A stretch of DNA of 5,049 nucleotides from contig NW_021830156.1 in NCBI RefSeq assembly GCF_006345805.1, positions 1 to 5,049 on the forward strand. Reading direction: 5' to 3'. The notes beneath the pieces were generated by a model. It worked only from the letters and a program-made list of their open reading frames with translations, had not been told where the DNA came from and did not search any database. The position numbers were made by a program, and so were the translations under genes. Source of the DNA: Octopus sinensis. Taxonomy: Eukaryota. This document shows positions 1-5,049 of this stretch, in pieces (the first letter of the stretch is position 1; every line of letters begins with the position of its first letter).

Positions 1-370
1 TAAGTGATAAGAGTTCTAATGGAAGGGATGGTTATGTTGATAGTTTAATTGCCAATGAAGATATAAGCGACCCACGATAATTAGGGTTAATTATGTAAAC
101 TATGTCAGTGGCAGAGATATCTGGGCTACATTCACCAAGGTTCCACCGAATGTTGCATTATGGGTGACATGCGCAATGACGACGGGGGTGGGGCGCCAGT
201 ATAAACATGTCTGCATTAGAAGAGGATATCCCTGTACATTGTTCTGTGTTATGTTACGTGTATGGGCTGTAGTACCGTGTGGTGTACATAATGAAGTCGA
301 CGAAACCCCAAGGAATATTTCCTTTCTTGGCTGAGAATATTACATTGCTGAGTCTTACGATGATCTGTAA

Positions 371-629
371 CTAGGGTCCTCAACCTTTTTTTATTTTTAC
401 CTATGGACCCTTTTTATTCCTATTTACTCGGATGGACCCTCATACCCACTCAATGTTTTAAAGAAAATCCAATTTACTTTTATAATTAAATATTATTAAG
501 AACTGTATGAAAAATGCTAGAATATTTTGTGCATTGTAGACGCCTAACCAACTTATTGCAGATAAATTTCAACAAGAGAATCTTATGTGGACCCCAAAAG
601 TGCATATGGCCCCTGGTTAAGAGCCACTG
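371..629. mobile_element. Non-autonomous hAT-type DNA transposon (MITE), degenerate, 259 bp
   Basis: Left end CTAGGGTCCTCAACC (371-385) and the reverse complement of the right end, CAGTGGCTCTTAACC (615-629), match at 9/15 and resemble the CAG(T/G)GGTTCTCAACC ends of hAT/Charlie-like elements. The 8-bp flanks ATCTGTAA (363-370) and GTCTATGA (630-637) match at 5/8, with only A/G transitions, fitting a decayed 8-bp TSD. Four subterminal TGG(A/C)CCC motifs surround an AT-rich non-coding interior. Confidence 0.75.
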
Positions 630-1231
630 GTCTATGACAGAAAGATGAATAGATTTTATGCCTGCATGTGTAGCTTTCCTCGGTTTATTCAGAAATTCTG
701 CAACCACAAGGAGGTTCTGTATTGCTTCATCGGCATATGGATCATGCAGTGTTCCTTTGACTCTTCAAGGTGTGGTTGGAACCAAGAATTACCGTCGCAG
801 AATGGGGTAATCTATGCTTGTTTCTTTCAAGCATTGCTGATTTCTCCATTATGCCATCGTGTTCTGTGCCTGGTAACTAAATCTAAAGAGGTGTTAGGTG
901 CATCCATACAGGAACTCATTTACTGATAGGCGCCTAATTATATCTTCTTTCAAGTTCTCGTTAGCACATTACATTGTTCAGCTTTTTTAGTGCTGACATC
1001 TGGAAGCAATGTGACAATTTAGGGGTTTCAGTCAACCACAACTAGATCTGGGGGACATTAATCTGGGGCAAAATATCAGTACTATACGAGTTTATTTTAA
1101 CTGGGAAGATATCATTTATGTAATATTCTCGAGCGAGAGGGCTAAAATAGTTTAACAGTACTTCTTTTTAAAATCTTTTATACATTGTAGGCTGTGTGTT
1201 AAGTAGCTTACTTACCAACCACATGGTTCCG

Positions 1232-1242
1232 GGTTCAGTCCC
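1232..1242 (+). promoter_or_regulatory. RNA polymerase III internal promoter B box of the SINE
   Basis: GGTTCAGTCCC fits the B-box consensus GGTTCRANYCC with one mismatch and lies about 35-40 nt downstream of a degenerate A box. Confidence 0.6.
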
Positions 1243-1305
1243 ACTGCGTGGCACCTTGGACAAGTGTCTTCTACTATAGCCTCGGGCTGATTTGGTAGAC
1301 CGTCG

Positions 1306-1343
<38 letters not shown>

Positions 1344-1381
1344 CGTGTGTGTGTGTGTGTGTATGTGTGTGTGTCTGTGTT
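1306..1381. repeat. Compound (TA)n(TG)n microsatellite inside the SINE
   Basis: About 8 TA units (1306-1321) followed by about 30 TG units with few interruptions (1322-1381). Confidence 0.97.
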
Positions 1382-1587
1382 TGTCCCCAAACATCGTTCG
1401 ACAACCGATACTGGTATATTTACGTCCCTGTAGCTTAGCAGTTCGGCAAAAGTGACTGATAGAATAAGTACTAGGCTTTACAAAAAATAAGTCCTGGTTC
1501 GATTTGCTCGACTAAAGGCGGTGCTCCAGCATGGCCGCAGTCAAATGACTGAAACGAGTAAGAGAGTAAAGAGTATCAAAAATATAC

Positions 1588-1633
1588 GTGTCTATGTGTG
1601 TGTGTGTGGCTCTGTGTGTGTGTGTCTGTGTGT
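1588..1633. repeat. Imperfect (TG)n microsatellite
   Basis: Directly visible TG dinucleotide run with TC/GC interruptions. Confidence 0.95.
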
Positions 1634-2125
1634 ACTAAGATATATAATAAAATATGATTCTTTAGAGAATATTCAGCTACAGCATCTTACGCGTATTTCA
1701 TTAACAGAAAATGTTTATCAGTTATGAAAATATAAATTATTTAATCAACTTCGTTCAGCAGATTACTGACAGTTGCCTGCTGAACCGCTGTGGACAATAA
1801 TCTCTCTAATCCAAAGCAATTTGAATATATAATTAACATTATATCATTGATAATTATTTTTCGTTAATGAAATGCATGTGAGACGATGCACTTAAATATT
1901 TTATAACCAGTTTCACCTGTTCTATTTTATATATATGTACCCTGAGACATAAAGAACCGTGGATTCCAACCAGACAATGATACGAATTCTCCTCTGGATT
2001 TTCGTTCAGGTATTAAGAAATAAGCATGAAGGTCTAAATATTGCCTACTTGTGTAATTTGAGTTTCAAATCACATGATTTATCTGTGACTTTTTCTCTCC
2101 CGCGCTCATCCTCCTTCCCTACCCC

Positions 2126-2169
2126 CTCTCTCTATCTCTCTCTCATTATATATATATATATATATATAT

Positions 2170-2208
<39 letters not shown>
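2126..2208. repeat. (CT)n followed by (TA)n microsatellite
   Basis: CT-rich run 2126-2144, then about 30 TA units 2147-2208. Confidence 0.96.
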
Positions 2209-2211
<3 letters not shown>

Positions 2212-2504
2212 TTCAATATACAAAAAGGGTCAAATATAATAATTTAATAAAATTAATAAATTTCACCTAGTAGTTTTATTGGTATGGAAAAGACCATATT
2301 TGGTAAGGATTATATTAATTATAATAAAGGGTTAATTGCAACAAGTTGCTCAATACCACATACCGAAAATATTAGAAATGGCAGCCAAATAGATCACTAT
2401 TTCTCCTACTAGTAAAAAGTCTCCACAAACAAACAGAATTTGCAACCCGTGTATAGTAAAGAGAAAGAAAATAACGAAATCCCTATAATAATCCAATATT
2501 CCTT
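2209..2504. mobile_element. Unclassified ~295-bp putative interspersed repeat flanked on both sides by (TA)n
   Basis: A sharply bounded AT-rich block between two TA tracts, with an internal hairpin AAATAG-ATCA-CTATTT (2387-2402). Parts such as GGGTCAAATATAATAATTTAATAAAATTAATAAATTTCACC and AAAGACCATATTTGGTAA resemble a repeat I recall from octopus DNA; this is unverified. Confidence 0.4.
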
Positions 2505-2512
2505 TATATATA

Positions 2513-2583
<71 letters not shown>
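2505..2583. repeat. (TA)n(TG)n microsatellite
   Basis: TA run 2505-2570 followed by TG run 2571-2583. Confidence 0.96.
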
Positions 2584-2876
2584 ATACAGTGAATCCAAGA
2601 AGGAGTGGGGGTGTTGCATTTATTCCTCCGAATGATCGTTTCAAAAAAATGGTTAAGACCGAACACGATTATAAAGAATGATTATGTAATATGTTGCAAT
2701 ATTACCTAATCATAAATTGTGTCAATGGTTTGCCTGAACCATGTAGAGCCGAAACGATCGTACTGAAACAGCAAATGTAATGCCCACAACCCATTTCTAA
2801 GGCTTACAGAGTTTATATTCCGTGACTAACATATTCTTCCTGGAATTTCAGTTTCTATGGAATAATTTCCTTTCAG

Positions 2877-2912
2877 GAAAACTGTCCATTTCAATGCATT
2901 TGTAGGATTCAG
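2877..2912 (+). CDS. Candidate small internal exon encoding ENCPFQCICRIQ (CPxxCxC, LRRNT-like); alternative start at 2852
   Basis: Acceptor TTTCCTTTCAG|G (AG at 2875-2876), donor CAG|GTAACC (GT at 2913-2914), length 36 nt, and a branch-point-like GACTAAC at 2824-2830. An alternative acceptor (AG at 2850-2851) gives a 61-nt exon whose only open frame is the same one. No neighbouring exon is visible. Confidence 0.25.
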
Positions 2913-2931
2913 GTAACCAATTGGCTTTCAG

Positions 2932-2979
2932 TATTCCTTAACATATATATATATATTCCTTAACATATATATATATATT
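2932..2979. repeat. Perfect 22-bp tandem duplication (2.2 copies of TATTCCTTAACATATATATATA)
   Basis: Units 2932-2953 and 2954-2975 are identical, followed by a partial TATT at 2976-2979. Confidence 0.95.
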
Positions 2980-2980
2980 G

Positions 2981-3101
2981 GAAGAATTCACAAAAAAAGA
3001 GAAAAGACGAAGACAGGTGGTGTAGATAACAAACAGATGTATTAGTATAACACTCGAGAACCGAAAGAGTCTTTAACGTTTCGAGCCTACGCTCTCCATC
3101 A
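2981..3101 (-). mobile_element. 5'-truncated Penelope-like (pLTR) or retrozyme-like element fragment
   Basis: A ~120-bp unique block between TA-rich tracts whose minus-strand 5' end is a hammerhead-like core, TGATGGA-GAGC-GTAG-GCTC-GAAACGTT. Minimal hammerheads of this form are characteristic of Penelope-like element terminal repeats. The sequence also resembles an abundant octopus repeat from memory. Confidence 0.6.
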
Positions 3102-3102
3102 T
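3071..3102 (-). ncRNA. Degenerate minimal type I hammerhead ribozyme motif (probably inactive in this copy)
   Basis: Minus strand reads ATGATGGA (versus CTGATGAA) / stem II GAGC-GTAG-GCTC (3094-3083, perfect 4 bp) / GAAA (3082-3079) / palindromic AACGTT (3080-3075) / AAAG. C3 and A9 are altered and the 5' strand of stem I is replaced by microsatellite. Confidence 0.5.
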
Positions 3103-3130
3103 ATGTGTGTGTTTATATAATTTATATATA

Positions 3131-3219
<89 letters not shown>

Positions 3220-3281
3220 GTATAATATATATTTATATATATATAGATATATATATTTATAATATATAATATATATTTATA

Positions 3282-3319
<38 letters not shown>

Positions 3320-3383
3320 TATATATATATATATATTGTATATAAGTCTATAATATTTATACACACACATACATATATATACG

Positions 3384-3440
<57 letters not shown>

Positions 3441-3451
3441 CTATATATATT

Positions 3452-3524
<73 letters not shown>

Positions 3525-3643
3525 GTATATATATATATACACACATATATGTGTGTGTGTATGTTATAATATATCTATATTATATGTATATATGAGATGT
3601 GTGTGTGTATACATTTCATCTATGCATGTTATGTGTGTGTGTA
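3102..3643. repeat. Very long imperfect (TA)n microsatellite with (TG)n/(CA)n patches
   Basis: About 440 bp of nearly pure alternating TA (3114-3550), with TG/CA islands at 3104-3111, 3361-3369 and 3540-3560, and mixed TG/TA sequence to 3643. Confidence 0.97.
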
Positions 3644-3871
3644 TCACAAGTATTATTAACAATACAACTGTCAACCTACATTCTTTACGCTTGCCTTTCC
3701 TGATTCCTCCTCACCGACCAATCGGGCTACCCCACCACTTAGTACCATTCTGCCTCCCCTCCACCAAACCAGCTCAGTAATGTTTGTCCATCAACACCCA
3801 CTCAACTCCATAATTATATACCTCATTGACAACTGTAAACTGATAGCGCTGGCAGAAACCACGTGCAATAC

Positions 3872-4210
3872 TGATGATGATGATGATGATGATGGGGAGG
3901 AGGTGGAGAGGAGGAGAAGTAGAAGGCGGAAGAGGATGATGATAGGAGTGTTGGTAATGATGATGATGATGATGAAGGTGGTGACGACGATGATGATGAT
4001 GATAAGGAGGAGCAGAGGAAGAGGTGGAAGTTGAGGAAGATGACGATAGGTAATGATGGTAATGATGATGATGGGCACGATGACGATGGTGACGACGATG
4101 ATGATAACGATGATGCTGATAAGGATGATGATGATGATGATGATGATGTTGATGATGATGATGATAAGGATGATGATGATGATGACTGTGATGATGTGGA
4201 TTACGATGGT
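3872..4210. repeat. Degenerate (GAT)n trinucleotide and purine-rich low-complexity tract
   Basis: GAT units interrupted mainly by single-substitution variants (GAC, GGT, GCT, GTT, AAT, GAG) and an AGG/AGA-rich segment at about 3895-3935. Confidence 0.95.
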
Positions 4211-4309
4211 AACTCTAATAATGGTGTGTGCGTGTCTGGGCGGGTAAAAACGACAGAGAAGAGTTGATGAGGAAATGGGTGAGAAGGGAAAGAGGGAGAA
4301 AGAGAGATC

Positions 4310-4311
<2 letters not shown>

Positions 4312-4346
<35 letters not shown>
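4312..4346. repeat. Perfect (GA)n microsatellite, about 17 units
   Basis: Directly visible uninterrupted GA run. Confidence 0.98.
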
Positions 4347-4349
<3 letters not shown>

Positions 4350-4436
4350 GGGTGGTTGCGATGAATGAGAGGAAGACAGGGTGGTGATGGGGGATTAGAT
4401 GAAAGTGAAAGTTAAGTGAATGAAAGAAGGAGAAAC

Positions 4437-4495
4437 AGATAGATAGATAGAGAGATAGAGAGAGAGAAACAGACAGACAGACAGAGACAGAGAGA
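4437..4495. repeat. Compound (GATA)n/(GA)n/(GACA)n microsatellite
   Basis: Directly visible tetra- and dinucleotide purine-rich runs. Confidence 0.93.
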
Positions 4496-4668
4496 TGGAG
4501 AGGGGATAAGAAGGACTGGAAGAGGGAGATGTGGTAGCAGAGGTGATAGGGTGAGGTAAGAATTGAAATGTTTTGTTGGGAATTTTCGTGAAAGAATTAT
4601 TAAAAAAAGGGAAGCGGAGATGTGAAGCAAGTGGCAAGGAAGAACGGAAGAGAGGGACTAAGTGGTTG

Positions 4669-5049
4669 TAATAATAATAATAAATAAGGATTTCTTTTAT
4701 TAGCCACAGGGGCATAGATGAAGGGGACATCACAAGGGCAAACAACAATTTGTGTGCGGTTTTACATAAAAGATGAGAAAGAAATGGAAAAGACGACGGG
4801 ATGCGATGGGAGTATATATAACATATAAAATATGCGATAACAAGAAGGATGCAGACGTCCTGATACAGGAGAACTCCGACTAGGGCCAATTAAGGAATCC
4901 TACAGACCCCTGAACAACAAAGGCACGAATCTCCTCCCAACTGTTGCCCTTCAATCTATAGGTTCATTCTTAGAGCAGGGCCATTCACTCTGACCGTTTT
5001 TGTCAGTCACCCATCTTTTCACAAATTCATTGGGAGTTAGCACTTGCCT
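4669..5049 (-). mobile_element. 3' end of an L1/Tx1-like non-LTR retrotransposon (ORF2 C-terminus, 3' UTR, (TTA)n tail); continues beyond the window
   Basis: The minus strand has a frameshifted ORF end (RQVLTPNEFVKRWVTD / KTVRVNGPALRMNL*, stop at 4958-4956), a ~270-nt 3' UTR, AATAAA (complement of TTTATT, 4696-4701), and a (TTA)n tail (plus-strand (TAA)5 at 4669-4683). An F-x-x-x-W motif near the ORF2 C-terminus is typical of the L1/Tx1 clade. The match to an octopus LINE is from memory. Confidence 0.7.
4956..5049 (-). pseudogene. Frameshifted C-terminal remnant of LINE ORF2
   Basis: Frame A (5049-5002) reads RQVLTPNEFVKRWVTD. Frame B (5000-4956) reads KTVRVNGPALRMNL*. A 1-nt frameshift near 5001-5007 joins them. 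Confidence 0.6.

Larger units (their letters stand above)
1190..1574 (+). mobile_element. tRNA-derived SINE (octopus-type) with internal microsatellite and (AAGAGT)-like tail
   Basis: tRNA-like head with a degenerate A box (about 1189-1200) and B box GGTTCAGTCCC (1232-1242), followed by GCACCTTGGACAAGTG, similar to the ACCTTGGGCAAG motif at the start of central domains in several metazoan SINE superfamilies. Then (TA)n(TG)n at 1306-1381, a unique 3' part, and a short repeated tail GAGTAAGAGAGTAAAGAGT (1556-1574). The family resemblance is from memory. No clear TSD. Confidence 0.85.

Noticed and set aside
184-206. GC-box-like GGGGGTGGGGCG followed by TATAAA (200-205), with minus-strand TGGCGCC resembling a primer-binding site
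   Set aside because: Short motifs with no LTR pair, TG...CA boundaries or downstream gene to support them.
288-312. ATAATGAA-GTCGAC-GAAACCCC resembling a hammerhead core
   Set aside because: Two core mismatches, a zero-length stem II loop and no U16.1-H17 after stem III.
486-707. 73-aa minus-strand ORF
   Set aside because: It crosses from flanking DNA into the non-coding MITE, so it is chimeric.
1046-1075. Degenerate 15-bp tandem repeat (ATCTGGGG twice) and nearby G-runs as a possible G-quadruplex
   Set aside because: Only three G-runs with long loops and two imperfect units. Not a CRISPR-like or satellite array.
333-1130. 13-bp perfect inverted repeat GAGAATATTACAT (333-345) / ATGTAATATTCTC (1118-1130) as possible TIRs
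   Set aside because: AT-rich, does not extend in either direction, has no TSD and is plausible by chance in 5 kb.
1168-1727. ORFs 1168-1404, 1212-1394 and 1521-1727
   Set aside because: They are read-through of the SINE and TG/TA microsatellites (HTHT, YIYI and VCVC runs).
1947-2031. TTTTCGTTCAG|GT at 2009/2010 as a splice site, with possible exon 1947-2009 (DIKNRGFQPDNDTNSPLDFRS)
   Set aside because: As a donor it needs a poor GAG acceptor; as an acceptor it has no good downstream donor. The peptide is not recognised.
1959-2666. ORFs 1959-2270 and 2409-2666
   Set aside because: Their length comes from running through (TA)n (IYIY runs), and no domain is recognisable.
2728-2769. Second hammerhead-like string on the plus strand: CTGA...GAAAC-GATC-GTA...CTGAAAC
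   Set aside because: The stem III palindrome and GUA triplet look right, but G8 and A9 are absent (CTGAACC), no stem II forms and stem I is poor. At most a very decayed relic.
3553-3780. ORF 3553-3780
   Set aside because: The first half is TG/TA microsatellite and the remainder has no recognisable motif.
3872-4267. Asp-rich ORF 4031-4267, and poly-Met/poly-Ile ORFs 4053-4247, 3780-4034 and 3791-4078, as a possible acidic biomineralisation protein
   Set aside because: All are readings of one degenerate (GAT)n tract, which is stop-poor in several frames. There is no signal peptide or other domain, and most interruptions are single substitutions of GAT.
4553-4561. Strong donor-like GAG|GTAAGA
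   Set aside because: It lies at the end of purine-rich low-complexity sequence with no plausible upstream acceptor or coding frame.
4395-4889. 164-aa hydrophobic ORF and nested 72-aa ORF on the minus strand
   Set aside because: They span the LINE 3' UTR, the TTA tail (YYYYY) and pyrimidine-rich microsatellites (SLSLS), crossing element boundaries. The hydrophobicity is compositional.

Overview
AT-rich, repeat-dense eukaryotic non-coding DNA, probably intronic or intergenic. The SINE and LINE resemble octopus (cephalopod) repeats from memory; no database search was run. From 5' to 3' it holds: a 259-bp hAT-type MITE (371-629); a tRNA-derived SINE with an internal (TA)n(TG)n block (1190-1574); an unclassified element between two (TA)n tracts (2209-2504); a short Penelope-like fragment ending in a degenerate minimal hammerhead ribozyme on the minus strand (2981-3102); long (TA)n, (GAT)n, (GA)n and (GATA)n microsatellites; and the 3' end of an L1/Tx1-like LINE on the minus strand (4669-5049). 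None of the supplied ORFs looks like a real gene: most are microsatellite or repeat read-through and the rest are unrecognised. The best leads are the hammerhead-bearing element, a candidate small exon encoding a CPxxCxC (LRRNT-like) peptide (2852/2877-2912), and a reading frame that re-joins when the MITE is removed. I see no convincing evidence of a wholly new biological system.
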